Virus record (IMG/VR): IMGVR_UViG_3300047388_000429
Span: 6,426 to 70,425 of that record
Length of the DNA stretch: 64,000 nucleotides
Origin: a virus
Reading direction: 5' to 3' (one strand)
Positions 36,152 through 46,585 of this stretch are shown here, in pieces; positions within the stretch are counted from its first letter, which is position 1; every line of letters starts with the position of its first letter. Made by a program: the position numbers and the translations under genes. Under the pieces are notes generated by a model that saw nothing but the letters and a program-made list of their open reading frames with translations, had not been told where the DNA came from and did not search any database.

Positions 36152-37663
36152 TTAAATTAAGATATCGCTTCCGTTGATCTGTCTGATGACGTCATCTTTG
36201 CTGTAAATTAGCGTGTACTGCGCGATGAACTCGTTTTGTCCGTCGACAACAGTCGGAACGAATTCGATCCCGAGCCAGTAACCGATGTTCTGAACCTGTT
36301 TCCATGCGTTCGGGTCATCTGTAGTCGTGGTGATAAAGCTTTTCTGGACATTCGTGAGCAGCTTGCCGACGCTTATCGTGCCATTCAGGAGCGCCTGATC
36401 GACGACCCCCTGCATGATGTTCAGGATCTGGGCCTGTCCGGCAAGATTCGCCGATACCTTCCCGAGTGCCAGAAGAAGGGTCATCAGGGCGGCCCCCAGA
36501 GCGTCCTTCAGCCAGATTTCATTGGCATACGTGTTCTGGTCGAGAGGATCTGTTGAAGTCCCCCACATGATGCCACGCTGATAGAAGTTGATGATCTGAC
36601 CGGCTGTTTGGGTGTTCCCGTAGTAGTTGATGCGGAGGCCATCGTAGGTGTTGGCATCAGCATCCGTGGTGACGGACGCCGAAAGGGTCGGGAAGACCTG
36701 AAACATGTAATTCTGCGTCGAATTGGCCGCCGCATAGTTGGTGGCCGCCAAAATCTGCATGGGCTCCTGTTCCGGATATTGATTTACGAGCACTGGGTCC
36801 AACGTCGCTGCAGTCCCGCCGATGGCACTAAGAGCCGTAAACCATGACGAAGCATTCGAGGCGATAACCGGCAAGCAGTACATGAACATCACGTTCTGCG
36901 CTTCATTCCATGTCGCGATTTCCGTGACCTGCGTTAAATTGAGGGCCGCGCCGTTCATGAAACCGAAGCTTCCGAAATTGTTGTTCGCCGCCGCAGATTG
37001 AGTCAGGCAGGCCGTCAGTGTCTGAACGCCCGCACCGTCTCCGATGATCGTGTCCGCGCTCGCCCATCCCAGAGTTGAAAGGATGTCATTTGAGACACCA
37101 GCGGTCACCGAAATAACGGCTGCCCCCGTCGCTCCGCCGAGCAGGTTAAATTGCTGGGTCGTCGAGTCCCAGACTACGGTCGCGCCAGTCCATAAGGAAC
37201 CGCCGCCGCTGATCGCCTGGATCGCCGATTGGAGGATCGTCGCGACCGCCGACAGGCTGCCTGCGCCGCTGAAATCCAGACCGCTAAAGGTGTGCGAGGT
37301 CGTCCCCATCTGAAGGGTAAAGGCACCGGCGGTGATCGCCGTCCATGTGGACAGAAGTTGCGGGGCCTTGTGACCGAAGATCACCGGCGCGCAGGCCACG
37401 CTGTTCCAGCGCGCGAAACTCAGGGCCTTCGGTGACGTAATGTTTTTGCTCACCCAGCCAAAATACTGGACGGCACGGTGATATTCTTCACCGGTTCCGA
37501 AGTATGACAGAACATCCGCGGCGCTATTGAACGTGACCTGTGAATTCGACGGGATCAGGGCGTTGTCATCGAAAAAACGGCCGATTAGCTGACGGGTGCT
37601 CACATTATTTGCGGCCCCGACTCCTGAAACGATATCGATGTAACGTTGAAGACTGATAGGCAT
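36152..37663 (-). CDS. Tail sheath protein (DUF3383-like)
   Basis: NYYG.TQ.AG...FYQRG, YANE.WLK motifs. Confidence 0.85.
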   Translation of the reverse strand: MPISLQRYIDIVSGVGAANNVSTRQLIGRFFDDNALIPSNSQVTFNSAADVLSYFGTGEEYHRAVQYFGWVSKNITSPKALSFARWNSVACAPVIFGHKAPQLLSTWTAITAGAFTLQMGTTSHTFSGLDFSGAGSLSAVATILQSAIQAISGGGSLWTGATVVWDSTTQQFNLLGGATGAAVISVTAGVSNDILSTLGWASADTIIGDGAGVQTLTACLTQSAAANNNFGSFGFMNGAALNLTQVTEIATWNEAQNVMFMYCLPVIASNASSWFTALSAIGGTAATLDPVLVNQYPEQEPMQILAATNYAAANSTQNYMFQVFPTLSASVTTDADANTYDGLRINYYGNTQTAGQIINFYQRGIMWGTSTDPLDQNTYANEIWLKDALGAALMTLLLALGKVSANLAGQAQILNIMQGVVDQALLNGTISVGKLLTNVQKSFITTTTDDPNAWKQVQNIGYWLGIEFVPTVVDGQNEFIAQYTLIYSKDDVIRQINGSDILI

Positions 37664-37675
37664 TTTTTATCTCCT

Positions 37676-38209
37676 TTATACTCTGTCTAAGATTATTTCG
37701 ACTTCCGAGACTATCGGGGCCGTTGAAGTGGTAATTTGTTTATGTTGGACAATGAAATCCAAAGAAGGTGAATATTCATTGCGCCCGAAGTCATCGCTGA
37801 ATGGAACGTTCCTGATCTCATGCACTCTGAGCATCCCGACTCCTTGCGCGGCAAGGGTCGCAATGGTGTTGCTGCTCTGCAGGATCGATCGGATCAAATT
37901 CAATATATCACTCGCCGTATATTGAGATTGATTGGTCGGACTCTGTATCGAGAGCGCGCTGATCTGGAATGTCGTTTCGTAATCCTGAGTCTCGACGTGG
38001 ACGATCATTGGGTCCGTCCACGTGTCCGACCTTTGGGGAGATCCCAGCGCAATGTCTCCGACCTTGTACATAAATGCCGATGCCGTTTTTGGCACACCCT
38101 GTTGCGTCGGCTGGAAAGCCTGCTGGATCGGAGATCCAGCTATTCCAGCGTCTGCTTCACCGGCAATTATGGTCGAGATCAGAAGAGTTATGAGCTGGTT
38201 GTCGAGCAT
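37676..38209 (-). CDS. Tail terminator/neck protein
   Basis: Synteny upstream of the sheath. Confidence 0.65.
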   Translation of the reverse strand: MLDNQLITLLISTIIAGEADAGIAGSPIQQAFQPTQQGVPKTASAFMYKVGDIALGSPQRSDTWTDPMIVHVETQDYETTFQISALSIQSPTNQSQYTASDILNLIRSILQSSNTIATLAAQGVGMLRVHEIRNVPFSDDFGRNEYSPSLDFIVQHKQITTSTAPIVSEVEIILDRV

Positions 38210-39063
38210 TATGATGTCGCCGCGCTAAATGGTGTTGTCGGCGTCGTGCCGGCCGAGAATGTTCCGGTGACTTCAGCTAGATTCGCCGCGATGTCCTTGA
38301 TGAAGTATCGGTCACCGACGAGGCCCCCGCTCGGTTGAGTTCCCGCAAAAGGCATCTGCAGAGAGTGGTTGGTCGCCGCCGGAGATTGAAACATCAGAGG
38401 CGTGCCCCCGTTCTGGCCGATCGCGTTCCCGATAAAGAAGTCGGACACGGAGTTCGCGAGAACTTTGTGGGCATTGCTGGTCGCCGCCGTTGTGACGATG
38501 ACCTCGAAAACCGCACCACTTCCGGTCATCGCTGGAAGAGTCAGAACCGAACCGGCTGCGGTGTTCAGGAGATAGGTACCGCCAACAGAAGCCGACAGAG
38601 AAGCGCCGACAGCTATCGGAGCGACGGCCGTCAAGGCGATGGTGCCGTTCGCGGCCTGCAGGTGCTGGGTATAGTTCGTGGCGCTCGAGTTGTCAGAGGT
38701 AACGGTCGTCTTTCCCGTCGACGATCCGAGCATCGCAAGATCCGAATTGGTGAACGTCTGCAGGGCCGTCCATGTCTGGGCGAGATTGAGCTCCGCGATC
38801 GTTCCTGTGTTCGCCGGAAGGGTCGCGACATAGTTTGATGCTCCAGCGTTCGCGGACTCGAGCAGCGTGTGGCCCGTGGATGACCCGAGCAGCGAAAGGT
38901 TGCCGTTATTGAACGTCTGGACTGCTGTCCAGATCTGAGCAAGATCAAGTGCGACCGGAGTCGTCAGCAAATCCGTGGTTCCACTGCGGACCGTTACGAT
39001 CTTGTCGGTTGCGCCTGCGACTGCTCCGCCATCTGCGATTTCAGAAAGTTTTGTGTTAGCCAT
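38209..39063 (-). CDS. Putative head fibre/spike protein
   Basis: Internal repeat LAQxWTAxQTFxN; follows the spike-base-like gene. Confidence 0.55.
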   Translation of the reverse strand: MANTKLSEIADGGAVAGATDKIVTVRSGTTDLLTTPVALDLAQIWTAVQTFNNGNLSLLGSSTGHTLLESANAGASNYVATLPANTGTIAELNLAQTWTALQTFTNSDLAMLGSSTGKTTVTSDNSSATNYTQHLQAANGTIALTAVAPIAVGASLSASVGGTYLLNTAAGSVLTLPAMTGSGAVFEVIVTTAATSNAHKVLANSVSDFFIGNAIGQNGGTPLMFQSPAATNHSLQMPFAGTQPSGGLVGDRYFIKDIAANLAEVTGTFSAGTTPTTPFSAATS

Positions 39064-39069
39064 TTTATT

Positions 39070-39276
39070 TTATCCTTCCGTTGAGTAATTATTTAAGCCG
39101 TCTTCAGTCACATAATTCCATTCTGGTATGTAACTATTTGCCAGTGCTTCGTCGACATACGTGTCGGTTCCCGCCTCATCGACAAAATTAAATTCTGGTC
39201 CGTACAGGTGTATGACCGCGTCCTGCTCTTGGAACATCGTGGAAATTTCAGTGATGGCAAGACCAAGACCGAGCAT
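39070..39276 (-). CDS. Small virion protein (MLGLGL start, VDEA repeats)
   Basis: 68-aa ORF coupled to the upstream gene. Confidence 0.55.
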   Translation of the reverse strand: MLGLGLAITEISTMFQEQDAVIHLYGPEFNFVDEAGTDTYVDEALANSYIPEWNYVTEDGLNNYSTEG

Positions 39277-39572
39277 TAGTTGTATAACCCTATTACTGTG
39301 GCGCTTGTACCGGACGCGAATACGCGCGCGACCTGAATTGGTATGATGTATCCGACAGGTAGATTTCCAAGTGCGACTGCAGTCGTATTTCCCTGCACGT
39401 ATTCGGCGATCGGGAGCACACTAACCGTGCCGGCGGCGGTGACCATCAGGGCCTTTGCGTACACTGGAAGGTCTACGGTATCGCTGGGCGTGATCGCGGC
39501 GGCCCCGCGGGCCTGCGATGAAATCTCCGTTGATCTCTGTGCGTAGGGGTCGCTCGCTGCGGTATAAGTCAT
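39276..39572 (-). CDS. Head spike-base-like protein
   Basis: AITPSDTVDL...IPIQV.RV..SGT.AT pattern resembling the RcGTA spike base. Confidence 0.65.
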   Translation of the reverse strand: MTYTAASDPYAQRSTEISSQARGAAAITPSDTVDLPVYAKALMVTAAGTVSVLPIAEYVQGNTTAVALGNLPVGYIIPIQVARVFASGTSATVIGLYN

Positions 39573-39584
39573 TTTCTATCTCCT

Positions 39585-39947
39585 TTAAGGCACTAGAATC
39601 GTTAAAATCTGTATCCAGCCATCGATCCCGAACCACGGGGTTTTCGACAGCGCCTGAAAATTGTTTCCCTGAAACTGGAACATATCTCCTGACACATCTC
39701 TCGTGACGTCCATCGCGTCTTGTTGCATGAAAAAATTGTAATAGGACTTCTGAAAGTCCAGACCATTAACGGCATAGAGTGATCTCGGGACCGGCTGAAC
39801 GGAGCCCATGATTTGCTGGGTCAGATCGTAGGTCGCCGCCCAGTTGCCGTTCGGCATCAGAGTTCTCGTCACATAAGGAATATACGTGAACTGCTGCTGT
39901 GCAATCACTCTGGTTGCCATCGCCATGATGTTTCCACCTGGAATCAT
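39585..39947 (-). CDS. Head-tail joining protein
   Basis: MIPGGN...GSVQPV; synteny. Confidence 0.65.
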   Translation of the reverse strand: MIPGGNIMAMATRVIAQQQFTYIPYVTRTLMPNGNWAATYDLTQQIMGSVQPVPRSLYAVNGLDFQKSYYNFFMQQDAMDVTRDVSGDMFQFQGNNFQALSKTPWFGIDGWIQILTILVP

Positions 39948-40492
39948 GTTTGTCTGGCCTCCCCGATTACACCGAGGATCATCTGCTCGGTATCGATCAG
40001 CGGCTTGTCGCTGGTGCCTGGCGGCTTTCCGCGGAGTTCGCCGGACTTCAGTTTTTCCGCGATCTCGCCGATAGTCTTTCCCGTTATCGGCCGACCGAGG
40101 GTCTTGCGGTAGTAGCGTGCCCAGAGCGTGATTTCGCTCAGTGGAGGTGATTTGACATCCGCGATAGACTGCTTGATATCCTCTGCGGCGAGCTTCGCGA
40201 TGTTCGTCATCGCGTCTTTTCCCGTTATTTTTCCGGAGATTATATTTTTCGCTTGGATCGCCGCGTAATCGTGCCATCTTTGGGCGTTCTTCTTTATCGC
40301 CGGACGCATGAACGGACGTGGCGGAATCGGCCCGTGCCCGAATTCTTGGATTTGCGCGATATACGCCACCTGCTGGCCCGCCGGATACTTATTATCCTCG
40401 GCCCAGCCGGTCAGGCCTTCCCAGCCTTGCAGGGCCTTTAATTTTAAATCCAGCTCCGCAAAGGCGTTTGGATTGCTGCGTTTGACATCCAT
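39944..40492 (-). CDS. Neck/tail completion protein
   Basis: EFG...IPPRPFMRP, KPLIDT motifs. Confidence 0.75.
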   Translation of the reverse strand: MDVKRSNPNAFAELDLKLKALQGWEGLTGWAEDNKYPAGQQVAYIAQIQEFGHGPIPPRPFMRPAIKKNAQRWHDYAAIQAKNIISGKITGKDAMTNIAKLAAEDIKQSIADVKSPPLSEITLWARYYRKTLGRPITGKTIGEIAEKLKSGELRGKPPGTSDKPLIDTEQMILGVIGEARQT

Positions 40493-40495
40493 ATG

Positions 40496-40918
40496 TCACC
40501 TCCGCAGCGTGTATGTTGTCGGGAACCCGCCGACGAAGAACCCGCCAGCGGCCGCGACCTGAAAGAGAGCAAGCAACTGCTGACCATACTGGGTCTGGTT
40601 CAGCCACCACTGCCATTGGTTGACCTCCGGCGGTGGAGTCAGCTGGACCGAGATTTTGTCGATCGTCGCGCCCTGAACGAGCCCCGCCTGCTGACCGGCG
40701 GCCGCCTGCGTGTTCAGGACCGCCAGATGCGCGGTCATCAGGTTGATCGCCCGATAACGCTGTTGCTGGGTCAGGCCTCCAGAGGCGGTATTATTGCTGA
40801 TGTATGCGGTGGCTTCATTCCAGTACAACTGCAAAGTTTGTTCAGGATACTGTACCGAGTTAGCAAACTGGGTATAATACTGGACAAATGTTGCATAATT
40901 GAACTGTAGGCATGTCAC
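40496..40918 (-). CDS. Head-tail adaptor (DUF4054-like)
   Basis: L.TAHL, WLNQT.YGQ motifs. Confidence 0.78.
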   Translation of the reverse strand: MTCLQFNYATFVQYYTQFANSVQYPEQTLQLYWNEATAYISNNTASGGLTQQQRYRAINLMTAHLAVLNTQAAAGQQAGLVQGATIDKISVQLTPPPEVNQWQWWLNQTQYGQQLLALFQVAAAGGFFVGGFPTTYTLRR

Positions 40919-41331
40919 TGCAACGCGGCTCCTCCACCGACTCTCATTTCTTTAGGAATCTCGAGGCGCCCGCCAGGCAGATAGTCTTTTTGCGTCAGCG
41001 GTGCATCTGGGCTCGTCGACATATCCGGCGCAACTTCTTCTCCGTCGATCTTCTTATCGAATCTTTTGACGGCCCCTGATTTCAGGTGTTGCTGGAAAGT
41101 TTGATCGCGGAGAAGAAATTCCATTTCTTCGTCCGTGACCTTTGTGACGATCCCATGCTGAGTGAAAAGACCGCGCGTGTCGTTTTTCTGAACAACGCCG
41201 TGTTTTCCCTTGATAAGGACGTGGTCCTTACCCGATGAGAGTTTTTCGGATACGTTAGGTCCGCCTGCCGGAGAGTTTTTCCAGTTGACATACTTAACAT
41301 CGGAAGTGTGGGTGCTTACGATATATGGCAT
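40915..41331 (-). CDS. Hypothetical virion-module protein
   Basis: ATG at 41331, directly after the capsid stop. Confidence 0.6.
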   Translation of the reverse strand: MPYIVSTHTSDVKYVNWKNSPAGGPNVSEKLSSGKDHVLIKGKHGVVQKNDTRGLFTQHGIVTKVTDEEMEFLLRDQTFQQHLKSGAVKRFDKKIDGEEVAPDMSTSPDAPLTQKDYLPGGRLEIPKEMRVGGGAALQ

Positions 41332-41333
41332 GT

Positions 41334-42497
41334 TTAGATCCCCGTCCAGCGAGTCATTGCGTAAGGACGTTTGCAGAGCGCGCCGGCCGAGGCGTGAACG
41401 TAATCTTCTTCGTATCCCTTGGCTTGGATGGCGACGCCTAGGAACTGAAGTTTTGCCGGAACGATCTGTGTCCATGTCTTGCGGTTGTCCGAAGAAACGC
41501 CATCGTCGACAACATCTGCGTGGATGTTGAAGACATTGGCACCGGAGTTCGCGGAGTTGAACTGCGGGGCGCTGACAACGCGGCACATCGGATATGCGGT
41601 CTTCAGCCAGCCGATGACCGAGATACCGAAGTCCGAGGTCTTTTTCAGGAACTCGATGCTGTTCGTCGGAACCGTCAGGGTCGTCGGTGTCTTCTCGGGG
41701 TCGACGAGGTCGTTGGTCTGCGTGCGGAGCTGCGCGAAGGCCGTGATCAGGTCGGACTGGATTTCTAGGAAGGTCTTGGCCGACCAGAGTTTCGAGCTCG
41801 AAACCGCTCCGGTGGCAACCGTCAGATATGCCAGAAGGTTCGGGTCCGTGAGGAATCCGTAGGTCTGGTTATTTCCGCTGTTGTAGCCGTAGAAGCCGAT
41901 CTGGTTACGCATGACCTCGAGCTGCAGGGCGCAGGAAGCGCGCTTCTGTTCGCCGCTGTCGACACGGACGCGGGCGCTCGTCGCCTGTTCCAGTTTGCCG
42001 ACGTGCATGCCGAGCTCGTTACGGACGACCGAACGCTGAACGAAGTTCAGGTTCCAGTCGGTGAGCGGGATATTCCCGTTGTCACTGTAAGGAACCGGAG
42101 CACCGGTCATTTCGAGAACTTGTTGGACGATCTGCACGTCTTCCCATGTCCCTACGGTATCGACACCGATGATCTCGTCGATTTTACGAGCGGCCGTGGC
42201 GATCGCGACGATGCCAGGCAGCCAGTTTTGCAGGAACTGAAGCGGGGCCGCGAGCGACGGCGTGGTCACCGGTTGCTGGATCGAACCAGCGTCCATCGCG
42301 AGATTGAACTGACGGGACTGATAAGCCCTGTTCATTTCGTCGAGGACGCCAGGCGCGAAGCCTACGCCGATGGCCTGCAATGTGCGGTCGAGAGACGCGT
42401 CCATCGCATATTCTTTGCCGACGGCCCAGCGATTGTGCTTTTCGATGAACGCGGGGCTAAAGCTGGCGTGGACTTTAGAAATTTCTGTCTGCATCAT
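41334..42497 (-). CDS. Major capsid protein (DUF2184-like)
   Basis: N.IGFYG...YGFL.DPNL; RPYA C-terminus. Confidence 0.88.
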   Translation of the reverse strand: MMQTEISKVHASFSPAFIEKHNRWAVGKEYAMDASLDRTLQAIGVGFAPGVLDEMNRAYQSRQFNLAMDAGSIQQPVTTPSLAAPLQFLQNWLPGIVAIATAARKIDEIIGVDTVGTWEDVQIVQQVLEMTGAPVPYSDNGNIPLTDWNLNFVQRSVVRNELGMHVGKLEQATSARVRVDSGEQKRASCALQLEVMRNQIGFYGYNSGNNQTYGFLTDPNLLAYLTVATGAVSSSKLWSAKTFLEIQSDLITAFAQLRTQTNDLVDPEKTPTTLTVPTNSIEFLKKTSDFGISVIGWLKTAYPMCRVVSAPQFNSANSGANVFNIHADVVDDGVSSDNRKTWTQIVPAKLQFLGVAIQAKGYEEDYVHASAGALCKRPYAMTRWTGI

Positions 42498-42505
42498 GGT
42501 TCTCC

Positions 42506-43492
42506 TTAATTGCTAAGTTGGATGACCGCAACGCCGCCGGTCGTATCAGCCTGATACTGGAATACGGTTGCATTCGGGACAAAGAGGTTCGATGGGCCGG
42601 TGACCGCGATGGCCGGTGTAATCGTGCCGACGGTCTGGTTGAGCGTGTAAGTTCCGGTGTTGCCCGTGCCGGTGCCAAGCGCCGTGACGACGGTATTAGC
42701 GGGAACCCCTGCGCCGAACACTTGCGTGCCGATCAGGATCTCACCCGAAGACACCGTGGCAACGGTCATGACGTTGGTCGCGAAGGTCGCCGTGCCAACG
42801 AATGCCGGAGCCGGTACGTTCGCCACACGAAGCGTATTCGTGCTCGAAACCGTCTGCTGGTTGATCGTGCTCAGATTGTAGGTGCCGGTGAAGCCGTTAC
42901 CGGTACCCAAGCTGATGATCGTCGCGGGTTCAACGCCGGTGCCGGTAACGATCTGACCAACGGCGAGTTTACCGCCGGTCGTCGCTACAGCGGTGACCGT
43001 CAGAACGTCGGCGACCCCTGCGCTGCCTCCAGCTGCGATCGAGCCGGTGAAAGCTACTACAGGAGGAACGCTGTTCAAGTTGCCGGTCAGCGGGTCGTAG
43101 GTAACGAGGTCGCCAGGGTTTGCCGGACCAGGAAGATTGACGAACACATAACCACGGCTCAGAAGCTGGCCTTGACCGTTGTCGGGGACCGCAAGAGTCG
43201 CCGCCAGCGGGTTGCCGCCGGTACCGAAGAGCGCGTTCTGCTTGATGTTGCAGAGGATGCCGCCCAGCGGGCCTGTGCCACCGACTTGCGCGATAGCGCC
43301 GTTCGGGGTTGCGCCACTCGGTGTCGCGGTCGCAGCCGTCTGTAACGTGAAGTAGTTACCGAACAGTTGCGGGACGCCGTTGGAATACAGGTTGTATTCC
43401 AGAGCGCGCTCTCCGCCATCGGAGAAAGCGAGATCACCGACGATTCCGAGAGCGTTGAAGATATTTACTGCTTGTTGAAATTGAGCTGTCAT
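42506..43492 (-). CDS. Head decoration/cement protein
   Basis: Between scaffold and capsid; repeated GTGxTGTYxL. Confidence 0.7.
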   Translation of the reverse strand: MTAQFQQAVNIFNALGIVGDLAFSDGGERALEYNLYSNGVPQLFGNYFTLQTAATATPSGATPNGAIAQVGGTGPLGGILCNIKQNALFGTGGNPLAATLAVPDNGQGQLLSRGYVFVNLPGPANPGDLVTYDPLTGNLNSVPPVVAFTGSIAAGGSAGVADVLTVTAVATTGGKLAVGQIVTGTGVEPATIISLGTGNGFTGTYNLSTINQQTVSSTNTLRVANVPAPAFVGTATFATNVMTVATVSSGEILIGTQVFGAGVPANTVVTALGTGTGNTGTYTLNQTVGTITPAIAVTGPSNLFVPNATVFQYQADTTGGVAVIQLSN

Positions 43493-43503
43493 TTCGTTTC
43501 CCC

Positions 43504-44864
43504 TTATTGGCTGTCAGCAAGAGTTTTGTCGATCAGACCAGTGCCGGTTGAGGCGCTGTCCGTAGCAAAAGCGAGACCGATGCGGGGCTTCGCGGTGTTG
43601 AGACCGTCGAGGTATGCATCAAGGACCACCGATTCCTGTCCCTTCGGTGCCTTTTTGCCCATCTTTTCCAGAGCGTAGGTCGCGACTTCTTCGGCGCTGG
43701 CCATCAGGGAGTGATCGAAGGTCCCGATGTGCGGCGTAACCTTGGCGACCAGCTTGTCGCGGTTCGCGATATCGCTGAGCATCGATTTGGTACCACGACC
43801 CTCAAGTGCTGCGATCTTCGCATTCAGCGGGGCCACTGCTTTTTCGATCGCGTTGGTGATTGCTGCATCCATTGCGCCTTTTTCCTTTTCCTTTTCGGAC
43901 TCGTCTTTGGCTTTGTCTTTGTCGGCCTCGTCCTTTGCCTTGTCGTCTTTCTTTTCTTCGGCGGCATCTTTGCCTTCTTTTTGCTCGCCTTCTTTTTCTT
44001 TGGTGTCGCCGTCCTTGGCGTCCTTGCCCTTGCCTTCGATTTCGGTTTCACCTTCTTTTTTGCTGTGTTCTTCCAGCATGTCACCGATCTTCTTCAGCAT
44101 CGGGAGGTTGTCCTTCATGAACTTGTGGACATCATCGAGGGATGCCTTTTGTTCTTCCTTCTGTTCTGTCGCCTCAGTCATTCCATCTTCTCCTTTTGAT
44201 TTACGGGCCTCGCTGTAGGCGATTGCCGCAGCTTGTTTTGGGTCTTTTCCGTGCTCGATCTCGGTCTTGATGTTCTCGGAAATCACTTCCTTCGATGAGC
44301 CTTCTTTTAATGGCATTTCATCACCGAGATTGATGTCGAAACTATCAAAGGCGAAACCGTGATCGAGAACGGCAACGTCGCAGCGAGCCTTGTCGACGAG
44401 CGCGATATGATTGCCGCGCAGGCCGCGCTGAATGAAATCATACGGGATTCCATTCCAAGAGCCTTTTTTTTTTCCCATTCACGGACTCGGTATCCCAGCG
44501 AGAGTTCTTTCTTGCCGGCCTCGATAAGGCGCTTCAGAGTCTCCGAGAAAATCTTGAGAGGCGCATAAAGGATGCCGCCTTCGAACATCAGTTTCTCGCC
44601 GGTCGTCCCGTGCGCGCCCTTTTCTTCTGTGGGCGTGAATCCCGTGCCGAGCATCGTGTGGTCGTTGACCAGCGGGACGAGCTCAAAACTTTTCATGGCC
44701 TCGGGATCAGCGAGTTCCTCGGGCGGCCGATAGACGTTGTAAACTTTTTCTGGTTCGCACTCTTCGGATATATTCTTTCCGAGGTATGGAAAGACGCCAA
44801 CGCGAGAGATCGGATTTTTCTCTATCGTAATAAAACCGTTCTCATCGATTTCTCTGGCTGTCAT
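43504..44864 (-). CDS. Prohead protease-scaffold (DUF2213-like), split by a -1 frameshift at A10
   Basis: N-part 44307..44864 (GVFPYLG, ELSLGY) and C-part to 43504 (NHIALVD.AR) join by a -1 shift at 44463-44473. Confidence 0.8.
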
Positions 44865-44982
44865 CGGTGCTCCCTTACTTATCAGGAACACGAAGAACAA
44901 AATCCGTCAAAAAGTTTTCGGATTGACAAAGGTGACCGGCGGTGATTAGAGTAGATGGACGGTTACAGAAGGTAATATAAAT

Positions 44983-45165
44983 ATGATCGAAGCCGAGAAT
45001 TTCTATACGACAGCTGAAGTCGCAGATTTTCTGAACATCAAGACCTCGACTCTTAAAAAGTGGCGTCACATCAAAAAATTCAATCCCCCGCATTTCAAAT
45101 TTGGTGGGGGCGTCCGTTACAAGGGCGCTGATTTGCTGTCTTGGATAGAGAGAAATAAAAAATGA
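44983..45165 (+). CDS. Excisionase-like HTH protein
   Basis: YTT.EVA.FL...TL.KWR...P...VRY; TTGACA box upstream. Confidence 0.8.
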   Translation: MIEAENFYTTAEVADFLNIKTSTLKKWRHIKKFNPPHFKFGGGVRYKGADLLSWIERNKK

Positions 45166-45416
45166 GAACCCATTCAAATCCCGAAGAATCGCCGTACTAC
45201 GCAACGGAGCAGGACCACGAGAAGGCGTTCATCAAATACTGGAAAGAACGGGGAATCAACGTCGGAACAAAAATAGAAGAGACGTCCATGCGCCACTTCA
45301 CGAGCTATAACCTGAGATCCGATCTTGTCATGCGCGTCCCGCGCGCGCCGCACCCGCGCGTCTACGGGATCGACCGGACGGAGATCAAGCTGCGTCATCA
45401 AAGGAAATGGGGATGA
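45162..45416 (+). CDS. Hypothetical protein
   Basis: Coupled to the HTH gene. Confidence 0.55.
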   Translation: MRTHSNPEESPYYATEQDHEKAFIKYWKERGINVGTKIEETSMRHFTSYNLRSDLVMRVPRAPHPRVYGIDRTEIKLRHQRKWG

Positions 45417-45570
45417 AGATTCGAGCTCTGGCTTGGGTGGCCGCCGCATTAATGTCTTGGAGCCGATATCCCACTTGGTCGTCAGGTAATATTAAAGAAG
45501 TAACCGCAGATGCCGACACATTGTTATCAGAATTTGATAAAAGATTCGATAGCAATGGAGACCGCAAAAA

Positions 45571-46422
45571 TTAGTCCTTCTGCGGCCGGATGACCGCGAC
45601 CGCGCGGCAGCGGCAATTGATGGCCGTCCCTGGAAATCCGTACATCGCCGGTTGAGACTTCGTCGCCTTCTGGACTAGCACGGGTGTATCAAAACGGAAG
45701 ACCCGTCCGTCGTAGTCGATGTGGAGCTCCCGCGGTTCCACGGATCCGCTGGTATGCCGCCATGTGTATTCCTCGATCCCCTCATCCTGGTACCGGACGC
45801 GCGATAGCGTCTGCGTGGTCTTGCGCGTCTGGTCGAGGGCAATGATCTCCGCGCGCCGCATCGATACCGCTTTGTGGGCCCTGATTTCCTTGGTCAGCTG
45901 CGAGAGCCCTGTCCCCTGCGTGATCGACCGCATGACGCTCCCGTTGACCTGCGCGAGATATTGCTGGCCGATCGATTTAATCAAGTTCACGTTCTCGGTG
46001 ACGATCGCGCTCAAGTTCTCGTTCAGGTGCTCGCTCAAGTTCTCGCGGGGGACCGCAAATTGGAGACTCATCTTTTTCAGGCTCTCTCGGACCGCCGCCT
46101 TATTCGCCTTGTCCGATTGGCCGGTGAATTTCTCGGCCAGCGGCTTCGCCCGCTTATTGAAGAGCCTGATGAATTTCCGCGACAGATAATTCGTGAGAAT
46201 CCGCGCCTGCGCCGACGGGCTGTCGTCCTGCGCGAAGAACGCCTGCACGTCCTCGTGGGCAAAAAGCTTCTTGATCTCGCGTTCGTACTCGTCGGACATC
46301 CGCGTGATCAGCGCCTGCAGCTCGGCCTTATAGCGCGCGGCCACTCCGGCCGGCGGGGTGATGACGTGGCCTTCAATGAATTTCTGCTGGAGTCTAGGTC
46401 GCCATTTTTCTTTGCGCGCCAT
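45571..46422 (-). CDS. Minor head protein (Mu gpF/SPP1 gp7-like)
   Basis: RA..IA.DQT, PG..INCRC motifs. Confidence 0.88.
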   Translation of the reverse strand: MARKEKWRPRLQQKFIEGHVITPPAGVAARYKAELQALITRMSDEYEREIKKLFAHEDVQAFFAQDDSPSAQARILTNYLSRKFIRLFNKRAKPLAEKFTGQSDKANKAAVRESLKKMSLQFAVPRENLSEHLNENLSAIVTENVNLIKSIGQQYLAQVNGSVMRSITQGTGLSQLTKEIRAHKAVSMRRAEIIALDQTRKTTQTLSRVRYQDEGIEEYTWRHTSGSVEPRELHIDYDGRVFRFDTPVLVQKATKSQPAMYGFPGTAINCRCRAVAVIRPQKD

Positions 46423-46585
46423 CGGCCATCACTTGACTAGCCTGATGAAGTGCTCGCCCTTCGGCGGTTCTTCGGCGCGCTCTTCGAGGACAGGAATTCC
46501 CTGTTTTTTCATGATCTCGCGCGTCGCGGGAATCAGCCCCATTTCGCTTCTTCCATATTCTCTATGAAATCCGCCACTGGAATTC

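Noticed and set aside
44983-45416. Integration/excision module
   Set aside because: Only an excisionase-like HTH gene; no integrase or att site was recognised in the window.
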